A stretch of 64,000 nucleotides of DNA from Octopus bimaculoides (taxonomy: Eukaryota). The position numbers and the translations under genes were made by a program. The notes under the pieces are model-generated. The model was not told where the DNA came from, did not search any database, and was given only the letters and a program-made list of their open reading frames with translations. The stretch covers positions 37,203,963 to 37,267,962 of the forward strand of contig NC_068995.1 in the NCBI RefSeq assembly GCF_001194135.2. The letters are read 5' to 3'. Below, piece after piece: positions 39,161-51,999 of this stretch (position 1 is the first letter of the stretch; each line of letters begins with the position of its first letter).

Positions 39161-40867
39161 AACATCGACTCGAATGAACGAGTTCTTCTCGAAGCCGTTC
39201 AACATCAAGCGCTCTGTTCGGCAAGGGTGTCATCTCTCCCTTCTTCTGTATGTGTTGGCTCTAGAGCCCTTACTGCGGCAGTTGGAGGGATGGAACAGCG
39301 TCCCACGAGATCTAGGTTGCAGTAGGAAGGTTACGGCGTACGCGGATGACACCACCATCATCGCGTCCGAGATGATACACCTACAGAGGGTAGGCAACGC
39401 CATTAAGGACTATGAGGCGGTGGCAGGAGCAAAAGTTAGCCGGGATAAGTTCGTCGGCTTGCAACTCCGTAGCTGGAGAGGCAAGACGATACCTCCCAAC
39501 AACGTCGTAGGGCGTTGGACGGAGGGGCTAGTTAAAATGCTAAGGGTTTAGTTTGGTCCAGACCTCCAGATAAAGAAGAATTGGGGCGGGGTGACGAGCA
39601 GAGTGACCCACCTAACTCAGACCTGGTCTGAGCGGCGGCTATCCCTGAAAGGAAGGGCGGAGGTCGCTGGGAGTGTTTATCGCTTCTATGATTACCTACC
39701 GCCTAACCGTCGTGCCTTGCTCCTGTTCGTGGCGGATCAAGGTGGAGCGGCTGCCCTTCCGCTTTTTGTGGAGGGTTTGAACTCCTCTTGTAAAGCGCTT
39801 CTGCTGCCAGAACACGCTACAGGGTGGGCTAGGGATACCTTGGCTATTGCCGCACTGATTGCGCTGAGGCTGAGCCATCTGTGGCTCTACCTGGATGGCG
39901 AACAGGTGGAGTCTCCATTCGTTTGGCCGTTACTTCCTGAGCGTACTAGTTTGAGTGAGGTAGGACCTTGGATCAAGCGTAGACAAAAGTTGGGTGCTTG
40001 GCAAGCGGAGTGTTCTGAGGCACTCAAACTTCTCTGTCACACAAGCAACTTCAACGGCGAGGGTTCCACTTCGTCTTTCTATAGAGGGTTGGGAGAAGCT
40101 CAGTGTGACGACGTCCAGGAGGAGACTCTAGGCTCCGGTAATAGTTAACTAGGCGGCCTGGCAGTGTTACTGAAGATCCTTACCAGTTCACAATAAACTC
40201 ACAAACCATGGTACCCCTTGCGCACTCATGTGCCCAAGATGCCAGCAGGACAGAGAAACCGTTCTGCACACGATCGTGCAATGTCCCAAAATTTCCGAAA
40301 TGTGGGTTTACGTTGAACACCTGCTGTCACGGCTGGGAAGAGTACAACTGTCTTTCGAGTCGATTGTAAAGATTGTTCCTCCTTCTTCTTTTAACAAAGA
40401 ACGCAAGGCTTGTTTTCTCGCTGTGGTCGCTATAGCGTAGGAAGCAGTATGGAAGACCCGTGTGAAAGGAATCATGACAGGCATTTTCATCTCCATCCTT
40501 GGACTGGTTAATTTCCTGATTTACCACCTTAAGAGAAAAATAAGGGTGAAGAGAAAATGCCTGTCACCTAATGTATGTGGAAAAAGATGGAAGGCTGTCG
40601 CGAGTTTGTTGAGAATAAATGAACCTGCATAGTATATCCTTAAGGTTATACAAAAGTTTACAGTTGTGGCACGGGACTTGCAGGGTCGAAGCGAAACCCG
40701 TCCCCCACTTCATTGTATGTAATATTGTTTGTCATCATCCGATTTATGTAAACTCTTAACTCAAATTTTTAACTATTTATCTTTTGTAAAATCATTCGTT
40801 TTATCGACCCCTCCCTCATTTGTATCGTCCCCTCTATGTTTGGCCCTCTGTGGGCAATGAAGAAATA
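39161..40867 (+). mobile_element. 5'-truncated Tx1-like (L1 clade) LINE: RT C-half, Zn-knuckle and 3' UTR
   Basis: SVRQGCHLSLLLYVLALEPLL, AYADD, LSLKGRAEV, CPRC...ETVLHTIVQCP. Candidate diverged 18-bp TSD at 39143-39160 and 40868-40885 (15/18). Confidence 0.88.
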
Positions 40868-40885
40868 GTTGTTAAGTTGGTTGGC

Positions 40886-41920
40886 TTTCGTGATTTCTTT
40901 TTTCCGGGAGGTGGGGAAGTTGAAAGGCTTGTGTCCGTATGTATTTGTTTGTGTCAGAGGGGGACGAGTAGGTTCAGCCTCTGCAGGGGCGGGTGTGAGG
41001 CTGATAGCATCGTTATTTTATCTTCCAGGTCTAATACAACAGTTGCTACCAGCCATTCTGCATTCACTTCCGGCAGGATGTTTGCAATTTTCACTCTCGA
41101 GTTTCTCCTCCTCACATATATGGGAAGGAACACCACCACCTGTGTTCGCAATGGCTCCACCGAGTACTGTTTCGCCTTCTCGGCCGACTCCATTCGAACC
41201 TCTATTGTTGCGTATCTTTTTCCATACTTTACATATTTTACTTCGTGCCATATCGATTTAAACATTTTTCTAGTTCCTTTTCATTAACATAATCAATTTT
41301 TTTTCCCACGTTGTATGTTTTAAACACTGTTGTTCTTTCCAGAACGTCTGTTTGAGGAGGGACCACTTTCACTTCAGTCCCCTCCTTTGTTAATATCTCT
41401 CTGTATCCTTTTAAATTTTCAGTGTTTACCTTTTGGGTTTTACACCCGGCCGCTGCTGCAAAATTCATACATTTTATCTCATTTACCGGTTCACCAGTTG
41501 CCAAACTCGCCACCTCTGCATTTCTTCTTAAATTTAGTCTTCAGTCTTCTTCCTTTCTCGGTGTCTCCTTGCTTGTGCTTGTCTTTGACGATTCCACCGC
41601 TTGGCAATTTCTTAAAGCTTTTGGAGATTCACTCTCCGAAGACACTTGGTACTTTCTTGGAGATTTACTCTCCGAGGACGCTGCTTCATACTCCATTTCA
41701 AAAATGGCACAAATAATATTTCAAACATTTGTCGCTTACGCCACACAGAAATATTTTGCTTCTACAGCAAAAATAATAATTCCCACGCGCGGGGGAATTA
41801 ACAACAACTTGCTTCTAAACAAGCAATAAACAGTTTTTTCACAAGTAATAACTTTAAACAACGAACAAAATCTCTCACCTCAACAATAACACAGTAAAAC
41901 AATCTACGGAGGAGTCCAAA
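40886..41920 (-). mobile_element. Second Tx1-type ORF1 (5' UTR plus N-terminal two thirds), homologous to the 19-20 kb element
   Basis: PPQ..VLERTTVFKT...IDYVNEKELEKCL...YATIEVR...FLPIYVRRR aligns by eye with PPK..IKRRTIVYRT...IDIASIKEIEKAL...FGTVEAK...LLPSYLDKR. Confidence 0.72.
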
Positions 41921-41924
41921 CTAC

Positions 41925-42568
41925 ATAAGAGTAGTGAATCGCCTCTTTGTACGATGTGTAGAATAAAAGATGAAACAGTCACTGAGTAAGTGTATTAAAT
42001 CGATAAAAAAGGAATACAAAAGAAGGCGTGATAATGTACTAAGTATACTCATTGGAAAATTCACGGATATTGAAATGGTTCGAAACAAATACTGTAAGGC
42101 GTCACTGAGAATAATGAGTATAAGATCTTGTTGATTTTACAATCCAGTATGATTCAGTGATTGATGCTCGGAGACCAGACATTGTAGTAGATAAAATGAT
42201 GAAGGAAACCAAGATCATAGATATTGCTACACCTGGGTGATGTATGAATGGGTGACAAAAAACTGAAAAAGATTGAAAAGTACAAATCACGAAAAGATGA
42301 CATTGCCCGAATGTGGGCAATAAAGAAAGTAATTGTCGTCCTAGTAGTTGTAGGGTCTCTGGAAGAATCAATGCCCAGGTTTTAGAAACTTATTGGAGAA
42401 ATTAGGATTGACATGAGGATGCTCAGAAAACAGCTTTATTGAAAACAGTGAGGATTTTAAGATTGGTACTTGAGCAGATGTATCGTGAAGAGATACCCTG
42501 TGAGACCCATCGCTCTCACAGCATTAATAGAAGCAACTGAAATCTAGAGGTCTAAGAAGAGAAATGGA
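41925..42568 (+). mobile_element. Dong/R4-clade LINE 3' fragment (Zn-finger plus REL endonuclease)
   Basis: SPLCTMCRIKDETVT, RRPDIVV...TKIIDIATP, EKYK, VVVGSL, TVRILRLVLE; followed directly by (TAA)n. Confidence 0.85.
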
Positions 42569-42603
<35 letters not shown>

Positions 42604-42606
42604 GAG

Positions 42607-42679
<73 letters not shown>

Positions 42680-42702
42680 TAATAATAATAATAATAATAG
42701 TA
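42569..42702. repeat. (TAA)n microsatellite
   Basis: Directly visible. Confidence 0.95.
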
Positions 42703-43659
42703 ATAAGTGTAATAGAATAATGAACAGGCTATGTGATACAATTTGGTCGTATTCAAAATCAGCCATAGATATTATATAAAAGGAACATATATAATTCAGA
42801 AATATTTTCACGCATTTTCTTTGAAAAAAATTCTAATTTCTAATCTCTTATTGGCTATTCAAATTTTTTGACATTTTCCTACAAAAAATATATCGATTTA
42901 AAAAAAAATATTTGGAAAAGTGTTCATCTAGAAAAATCGGAAAAAAATTTAAATGAAAAACGAAAGAAAAATATTTGATGGCTAACAAACATATCTAGAA
43001 GAAGGAAGAGAATATGTTAAATTTATAGCAGCTTCGTGTTGTTTTTGCATGGCAGAAAATAAATCTGATAGAAATTTATAAAAAGTGAAGAATTGAATGC
43101 ATTGCATGATGAAACGCTTGAAGTAGACATATTGTGAACAAAATCACTATGACACACTCAACAGAATGTTCCTCAAGTTTACAGAAGTTTAATAATGTTA
43201 GATAACTGTAAATTTCTGATGATAATGATGGTAGTCTATCATAGCCCGAGAAGGACGGTTCTGAAATTTCTTGCTGTACATCCAGCACAGATTATTTGTT
43301 CATAATGATTACAATGATTACAAATTTGTGATGTACATTAGCTCACTCTCTCCATCAAATTGACCTTGCCCGACTAGGTACACAGTGTATCATAGGACAA
43401 ATGTCGAAGTCATAGCAGAGCAACGACAGATGAAGTGTTTTGCTCAAGAATACAATGCATTACCCGATCCAGAAATTGAAATCATTACCTCGCGGTCGTG
43501 AGTGCAACACCCTGGCCACTACATTATGTGCCCTAGCGGTATGTCGTGATAAGAACTCGCAAATCACATATATTTTGGTAAACGGTATGATGTGAACAAT
43601 GGTTGTGCACCCCCATCAATTGTCGGACACAGCTAATATTTTTGGCTTCTCCATTTTCA

Positions 43660-44830
43660 ACACTTCTGGAATACTATTCCTTCCTGGTGTCTTTCTGAGA
43701 TTGATTTGACGGCGACTAACAACTCGACGCTCGGCTGTTCAACCAACGAGACAACAAAAGTGTAATGCGTCACATTTGCCTGGATTTCCCACTCAACTTA
43801 CAACGGCGCATTGAGGATTTGTTGGAAGTGCTTTGCAAAGCGATGAATTATATTCATTATTTTTCTTGTAAAATGTTGAACCAACTCACGACATTTTCTG
43901 AAATTATTCCTACTACCTTAAATGTGAGGCACTACATTTCTTGAGGCTTGTTTACATCCCACGATTCAATATAGAAGTCGTGAATGTTTTTATAATCAGC
44001 AGTAGTTTGCAATTGGACAGCCTTCCTGACTCTACAACTCAAACTTCTTCTTGTGTGTCAACTCGCTTTGACAAAAAAATCTTCATTAGATTCCCATTCC
44101 AAATTAATGTGCAATCCATTCCCATATTTTGTTAGTCTTGTCTTTCAAGGGGTAGATATAGCGACGTTGTGTCTTTCTAACTTTAATGCTACGAGTGCGG
44201 TGCACTTCTTATATTGAGCATTCTCTTCTCTGTCCCGTGGTAAACGTTTCGAAGTGGATGACATTCAGCATAATCCTTCGTAACATGAGCGGCTACAGAT
44301 CCTGTACTCTTTTGACATTATTATAATTTCATAGCACTGCTTGAAAGGATTTAGATATTGATAACTTTTTTAGTTACTTGCTACACGCAATGAGGGAGCT
44401 ATAGTATACATAGTGAGCAAGGACAAGCCTGGGTACACCAACTCTAGAGTCAACAGTAGGCCTACAATGTGAAGATTTTCTGCCGATTTGAAATGTCGTC
44501 ATGAAACACCTCGTTGATATTGGTTGGGCTTTGAATGCATTCACCTGAGCTCATCCACCCTTGTCCAGTAGCCACCCGCCCTACCAAGTAGGCTTGGTTA
44601 GATTGGCAGATTAGTTACCAACAACCTGGTCATGTAAAAATCGTACTAACTTACATGATTACCAAAAGTAGATCCTTACTATCTCCCTTGCCTAATGATT
44701 ATGTAGAATGGCGGTTCTTGCTCTTGGCATAATCTTGTCTTTGTTGTGTTGATACAGGTAGGAAGGGAAGGGGTGTGAAGGCGTTCTGGGCGGTGAGAAT
44801 GAGGCTGTCTCCATAACGCTACAAAAGTGC
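43660..44830 (-). mobile_element. Decayed RTE-clade LINE 5' region (5' UTR plus APE endonuclease)
   Basis: KKCTALVALKLERHNVAIS (~44150-44210) matches the RTE RRTALVARELARYNIDIAAL motif; GC-richer 5' UTR upstream. Confidence 0.65.
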
Positions 44831-46361
44831 ATATGTCAAATTCTCTCAAGTTGTGAAGCCACGTGGTGATGGGGTAGGAAGGAATTTGTGAAGTCGCTGT
44901 TATGGTGGTGATGGACTTTAGGTTGTATCAATCTGCAGCGGTACTTATATCTAGATTCATGTATATCAGTAAATACAAACGACACCGATAGGGTTAGAGA
45001 AAATAATATAAGGAAATATAACATAACTAACTGTGATGTTTGTATTTTACTGACAGCCTATGCATAGTTTGACCTATAATGTCATTGTAAAGATGAACAG
45101 GAAAATTGCCTCATAGGAGGAAAGCATGATTTGATTAAAGCAGTCAAAAAGGTTATTATAATATTTAAAAAAATTCAGTACTGGGTGTATTATAATTAAA
45201 TTACATATCTTTCCAATGTTTTTAGATTATAAGCCATAAATGATACTAATAATTGAATCCATCACGTATTGTTTTAAAATATAGCTAGTATTTTCTTTTA
45301 ATTTAATTATTTAATTGTCGCTGAAATTTTTACTTTTCCCTTTGTTTTAATTTAAATTCAGTCAGGTCTATAAATTACCAGTCACGTGCTGAGGGCTAAA
45401 TAATAATAATAATATGAAACAGAATAATTGGAATTTTCATGGAAATGATATAGTTGCAATTACTGTATTTGCTTCAATTATGAACATAATAGAATTTTAA
45501 ATTAAGTTAATAGTCAAGATTTCATTTAAATTTATGAACTCGATAATTCAATAAATTTGATATATTTCAAAAATCTAAACTAGACCGATAAAATGCTGAT
45601 ACCAGAGAACTGAACCAAAGTAAATTGATAAAAGTTTGTAAACTTAAATCAAATTTCAAACAGAAATTAAGTAAAAGCAAAATATGGAAACATTTCGATG
45701 AAAAAACCCGTTATAACATTTGATTAGAGAATAAATTTATATTTAGGATTTCTCGAAACCATGTTTTATTTTATCTTATCGATTATATTAATCTAACATT
45801 TTAGAAAGAAAAAGATGACTGAAAAAGAAACAAGAATCTACTGGTTGTTAGTTTTGTTTAATATTCTAAATATTGCTTTATACTTTCGACTATATGGTTA
45901 ATATTTCTAGACTAGCGATGATATTCCATAGGGATGATGCATTTTTAATTCAAAATTGGAGTTACATTTGTTAACTGACATCTTCAGCATCGTGGGGGAA
46001 TGTAACGTAAAAACAGAGAAAGTGTGAAATTATTGCCACTATGATTTCACTTATCTATGTGAAGGATAAGAATGCAAACTGGAAATTTACGCAGGATACG
46101 AAGTCGGTTCGTCGGGAGTCAACGTTTTACATTAACTATATGTTAAACATCCTGATACATGGAAATGGCAGAAAAAATAAAGATAATACATACATGAAAT
46201 ATCGAAGGTTTCATACCAAATCAGTATGAAAAATACAGTGAAGATAACAGATGGGTTGAAGCGAAATTGTTAGCATCAAATGAAACTGTTAACGCATTTA
46301 TTTGGTTTCTCCAAAATTTACGTTTGCTGAGCAAACTCGAATAGTAAATATTAAATCTTAC

Positions 46362-46499
46362 CTCAAGCTGTATCTCACTTTTAAGTTCTCTATCAACCAC
46401 ATATGGCCTAGACACATACACAATTCCAGTATTCTTATCAATTCGGAATCCCTCGTTGAAATTTTTTACTAATTCGTAATGAAACATTTTATTTCTTCC
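46362..46499 (-). CDS. Cadherin exon D (138 nt): GRNKMFHYELVKNFNEGFRIDKNTGIVYVSRPYVVDRELKSEIQLE
   Basis: Acceptor tttcttttatatttgcag, donor GAG|gtaaga, 46 codons. Has F-x-I-D-x-x-T-G and DRE motifs. Confidence 0.95.
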
Positions 46500-47849
46500 C
46501 TGCAAATATAAAAGAAACTAAGTAGAACTAAAAGTTTCTTCCGAGTTCAATGATCTAAGTTGAGTTTAAAGGAGAAAAGTTATTCAACTAATTATTTAGA
46601 TAAGAAAATTTAGAAATAAGTTAAATTCATTGGAGATAAAAAAACAAAAAAAAACAAAAACAAAATAAAAATACAAAGACAGTCGTGTTTGCAAAAGATA
46701 GATGAAATTCTGATTAGTGAAAGCAAATGTAAACAACAACAATAAAAACAAACCAAGACGTATACGAATAAGAGAACAAATAGATAATAAGATAATTCGA
46801 AATGATTTCAGAATTATGTCTACTATCAATAATAAAATCATGAAGAAATGAAACAAGAAATTGAATCAGTTGTCTCATAGAACTAAGATCACATCTAATA
46901 ACAGGTTGTTATAATTTTAAAGGTTAGAAATTGAACAAATAGTAAAATGTAAAATTATCCAAGTATTCAGTGTTTACTTGTTATAGTATCTTAATTGTAG
47001 CGTGCAGGGCAAGTTACTTGAAAATTGGCAAAGGTTGGGAAATAAGGAGGGGAATAACACCTCAGAACCTTTTTCACATTCATTTTCAATCAATAGGCTG
47101 TGACCATGCTGAGGCATCGACTGTTTTTTCTCTCAACTAATATTATCTTTCGTCATCGACTACTTTTTTCTCTTTAATTGGTAAAATAAATAGTGCTTAT
47201 ACTGATCCATCACCATCATTACCTTATATTACTACCGACTCTAAAAAGGGAAATTCTTACTGGTTTACCAAACTGCTAGAAGTTGCAGTCAGAATACCTT
47301 CAAACTATATACTCCCGTTTTAAAATAGGAAGCACTATTGGACAATGTGCAATACGTTATGTCTAGAATGTCTTTATACATAGGTCTGCTCGAATGAGGT
47401 TGACTCATCCTTAAACAACAAAAGCAACAGTGACAATATAACATTTCACTGTCCTAATGAAATAACGATCAAATCTGACAATGTATGGGGAATGTAAAAA
47501 AGTTGCAGTTATACAACTTAGAAAAATTCTGCTTTAACAGTCCAGATAAAGTTCTTTGGTTCTGTATATTTATCAAAGATACTTAAGTTAAATTTGCCAA
47601 GCCTATTTATCGTACATTAGTATCATATCATAATATCGTACTTTGTTGTATACAGGAAAGGACATAGGATAATTGTGGAGTGCTCTTTCGTTAGCTTTCA
47701 GTACGAAATAACTAACATAACCTCCTATTACTCTGGAAAGGTCAATGTAAGTCATTTCCAAGGTATCTGTTACAGAGGGTACGGAGAATACATCTAAGGA
47801 ACATAGCATGTATGCTTTCACGAAATCGTTAGGACAGTTTCCTCCGATG

Positions 47850-48230
47850 GGGTTCCTACGAAAGATCACTGGAGTAACGTTACTCAACAGGGTTCGTGGC
47901 TCGGAGATCAAGGAGTCTTTCCAGGTGGAGTCGCATTTTCTCCATATTGAGTGATCACAAATTTGGCACTACGGACAATTAGAATGTCGCAGGAAAGAAT
48001 CGCAAGACTGTTTCCTGAAGCCGAGCTAACCGGCAGGATACTTAGGAGTAGAGCAAGAATGAGATCGTTAAATAATATTCATAGTCTCTGTTGATCACGC
48101 TTGGGAGTCCAACCGGAAGGTGTAATATGAGTTGCTTCTGACAGGAACATGTGGAGGAGGTACCCATGGACTCTACCCCCACCCACTACCCTCCCAAGAA
48201 TAGTGAACAGAGAAAATGGCTGGATAATTC
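47850..48230 (+). mobile_element. RTE-clade LINE 3' fragment
   Basis: RKITGVTLLNRVRGSEIKESFQVESHFLHIE*SQIWHYG...MSQERIARL. Confidence 0.75.
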
Positions 48231-49189
48231 CCCTTCCATGAAAGAATTCACATCATTTATTTAACTGATATTTTATTTTTCTGATAAAGATAAAATGATG
48301 TCAGTAACATGATATTAGTTGCCATTGGAGAGTGCTCCTATGTTCTTTATATTCTAAATATTACTAAACTAACACATTGCATGCACATGATAGCTTATTG
48401 AAATGATAGTGGCAGGGTATATTAATCTCACATATTTATTAATCAAATTATATTTGTGTTTCTGCTCACAAACAATCAGCATGTTTCCTGATCACCTTTA
48501 ATCGGCATATGATAACTTTTAGCTAGGATTGACACATCAGTAGAGTTCTTGCTAATCTATAGACACCACGAGGTGCGGTTTAAAAGTAGAGTATTCAAGG
48601 ACACTCCGGTAGACCGTTAAAGAATATCTTGCTATTAATTTGTGCGTGTGTGTTTGTGTTTATTAACACTATATCTCTAGGTAAATTTAGCAATGAATAA
48701 CTGCCTATAATACATAAGGTTACCTCTCAAGCTTGAACGGAGAAAAGACAGAAAGGTATCTGCCACACTCGAGCCACGCATCTTCTGTAACCCAGATAAT
48801 CTAATACCAATCACGCTAAAGTAACTTTCCGATTTCAGGTGTCCAAACTGGAAGGTTTAGTTTTCCAAGTAAACGTAGAAACAACAAGGTATGTTTACAT
48901 AAAACTTATTTACATGTTTAGATGACCCTTATCTTTTCAGTATACATAATTCTAGAGATTCTTCATAGTATATTATACTGTTATTTCTTTTCCTTTTGTT
49001 TTTCATCTCATCTTTGACCGTAATATCAATCCTTTTACCACAGTTCCATTCACTTATATTAGATTTTATTTCTTATTTTATTTTACATACAATGGTTTAT
49101 ATATAAATGAACGAGATATTATGGTTTCCGATTTTTGCATCATGATAGTCATGCCAGATTTTTTTTAAGGGAAAGTGTATAGTCGACAC

Positions 49190-49340
49190 AATTAACCCCA
49201 GTACTTCGCTGGTGTTTTATTTTTTCGATGCCGGAGTAATGAAAGGTAAAATGGATCCCAGCGGGATTTCAATTGAAACCATAAAGAACCAGAAGAAATA
49301 TTGCAAAGCATTTCTTCCGACGCGCTAACGATTCTGTTAG
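49190..49340 (-). mobile_element. Decayed SINE copy
   Basis: TCGATGCCGGAGTAATGAAAGGTAAAATGG and AAGCATTTCTTCCGACGCGCTAACGATTCTG blocks. Confidence 0.65.
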
Positions 49341-49801
49341 GTACCCAACCGAAGTTTTCTAGATATTCAAATATCTCCACTGCATCTCACATAAGCATCG
49401 AAATTGTAACATCGATCTTAGAAGATTCTGCTGCCAGTAAAATATAGCATAACAGTATAGTTTCAGCATCGATTAGTCTGTCTTCTGTTTCTTTTTTTTA
49501 ACACCATGATTTTGCTCTCTCTCCTTCGCTCTCTCTCACTTACAAACAAAGAAATAAACAAATAAACACAAACACATATCTCATAATAACAGTAAAGGAA
49601 TTAATCAAAATGCGACGCAAATAGAAACCACAGTCAATAAGGTTAATAGTTTAGTGTCAGTTTCCAAAATAATAAAAAAAAGCTGTACTAATAAAAGAAT
49701 AAATCATTTAAACCATACTGACATATAAGAAAAATGTGCATAGAAATATGAAAATACAAAAACAAGTAAAATATTCAATAAAGTAATAAAGCACTTCATA
49801 C

Positions 49802-49981
49802 GTAGTCTTCATCAATGGCGGTAACGTTGAGGATAATATCGTTTGTTTTCAAACTGGGATACTCATTGATTTGTCCTCGGTAGAGCTTTTTGCTGAACGA
49901 CGGTGTGTGTAAGTTCTGATCAGTCACCTGAATGTTGAGCTTAGCAGTGTCCTTTCGCTGAAGATTGTCTGTCTGGTAGGC
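49802..49981 (-). CDS. Cadherin exon C (180 nt): AYQTDNLQRKDTAKLNIQVTDQNLHTPSFSKKLYRGQINEYPSLKTNDIILNVTAIDEDY
   Basis: Acceptor ggttattag, donor TAC|gtatga, 60 codons, phase 0-0. Has the D-x-N...P-x-F linker and AIDED motif. Not in the ORF track. Confidence 0.93.
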
Positions 49982-50156
49982 CTAATAACCAATAAAAAAT
50001 GGAAAATGTATTATAAAAGAAACTTTTTGATGTTTGTTTTTGCGTACAAAAGAAAACAAAATAGAAAAATATAATTATGAACGCAACTTGTGTATATAGA
50101 TAGATAAATGTTTTATCTAACTTTCTATAATTAGTTACTAAAAAGTGTGTGAGTTT

Positions 50157-50194
<38 letters not shown>

Positions 50195-50349
50195 AAACAA
50201 CATCACACAAAGACAACCCACGGCAACTAACAGAGACCAAATATAATTATAAAAAGCAACAGAAGTGTCCACGAACAAGAACATTTTCTTGTTACAACTT
50301 AAAGAACATATGAAGGCAATAATCTTAGACTATCGTTTGCTTTATATTT

Positions 50350-51110
50350 TTTAATGGTAGATCACATAGCAACGTCTATAGAAACGGTTTCGTAGCCATG
50401 AAAATTTGATAGGGGGAGCATGAATACGCACCAACCGTGTAGGTTTTGTGTGAAGGAGATCCAGAGTGTCAAAGAACGCTCACTCAAGACAGATGCAGAT
50501 ATTGCTATTATAATGTGCTGATGTAAGTCGATAACATTATGAAGCGGGAGAAACAAGTATAGCTAAATTCAGAGGAACCAGCACCATCGACGAATACATG
50601 AATGTGGGAGAAATAAAGATAACACGAGCAATGAAATAAGCAATTTATTATATAGGATCCGATGGTGGGATAGGATAATAAGGTAGGCCTGAAAGAAAAC
50701 TGCTGCTCTTGCAGGCCATTCAGACAACCCTGAGACTAGGTATGGTCCTCTGGTCAGAAGACGTGAAGCGTATCCTAATAGAAATTACAGTCCTGAAAAA
50801 GGAATGGTTTGATCAAGAGTGTGAATTGAAGAATCGCTTATCACGCATTCTGCCTGCAAAATGGCACGCAGAAAGGGAGACAAGCACGGCTATTGCAAGC
50901 CGAGATCGGCTGCTGAGGATTTTCTGCTTAGTCGATGTGGAGTGTGTTCAAAAGCCATCCGAATGATTGACAAAAAGCGACAGATTGTTACTTACCAATT
51001 GGATAAACAACAGAAACAAATTCTTCTTAGTTCATGGAGAAAAAAGAGAAGAGAAGGAGCAGTTGGGCAGTCCTGTGACTATTACTGCTGACTATTGCGG
51101 GAAGGTGTTG
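50350..51110 (+). mobile_element. Highly decayed LINE fragment (end of endonuclease and linker)
   Basis: VDHIAT and KKEWFDQECE motifs only. Confidence 0.4.
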
Positions 51111-51999
51111 CGGTTCAGGTGAAAAAATCAAATAAACATAGATGACGTCTAACTATACTCATCTCTACTGACTAAAACTACATCTACCGAAGTGGATAAA
51201 GTGGTACCATCTTTTAAATATAATTATTCTTCTAAATAAAACATCAGAGATTTAGAATCTTTATCCATTTTTTTTCAATTGACAAGAGAAAGCCATTTTA
51301 AATGTAGGAATTGATTTGTGTTAGTGTGTGCGTGTATTTGTATCAGTGTAAAGGATTTTATTGGTTGAAAGGGTTGTCTAATTTGGTGAAAATGCTATCC
51401 TCTTCATGTGACTTGGTATCCCGTTTTATCCCTGCGCATACCCTGCGTAACCAGACGGTACCTGGAACGAGTCACCGATTTATTATATATACATATATGA
51501 TACCAGATGTAACAAATTTCCTACGTTGTTAAGGCGATTTTCACATCAGTAATATAATATCTTTCTTTCAAAATATACTTAGTCATCTACACAATCAACA
51601 AGTTCATCAGCATGTAACCGATCAGAAAATATCTACATGGTACCTAGAAATAGCAACTAAGACGCTCTCGAGCTACAAATGATGAAATTTAGAATGGACG
51701 TATTAGAGAATATAGTCTGGCGTTTAGCTATTTCAAAAAACAAGACATGATCATAGCTCCACCTCACTGAAAACATGACTTAGAGCTATACAATAACAAC
51801 CATATTACATAGATATTGAGACTAAAGGGTTACCCTCTGTAGATACAGACACCTCGTGGTACTCTACGAATAACCGACAAAATTTTCATGGTATTCTCGC
51901 TGTTGTTTTTCATTAGCTTTCAGCCAGTCATGATCACCCAGTCTCCTTTTCAAAAGCATTCCATTGCTTTAAATATCGTCCTTTACTTATAATTATGAA

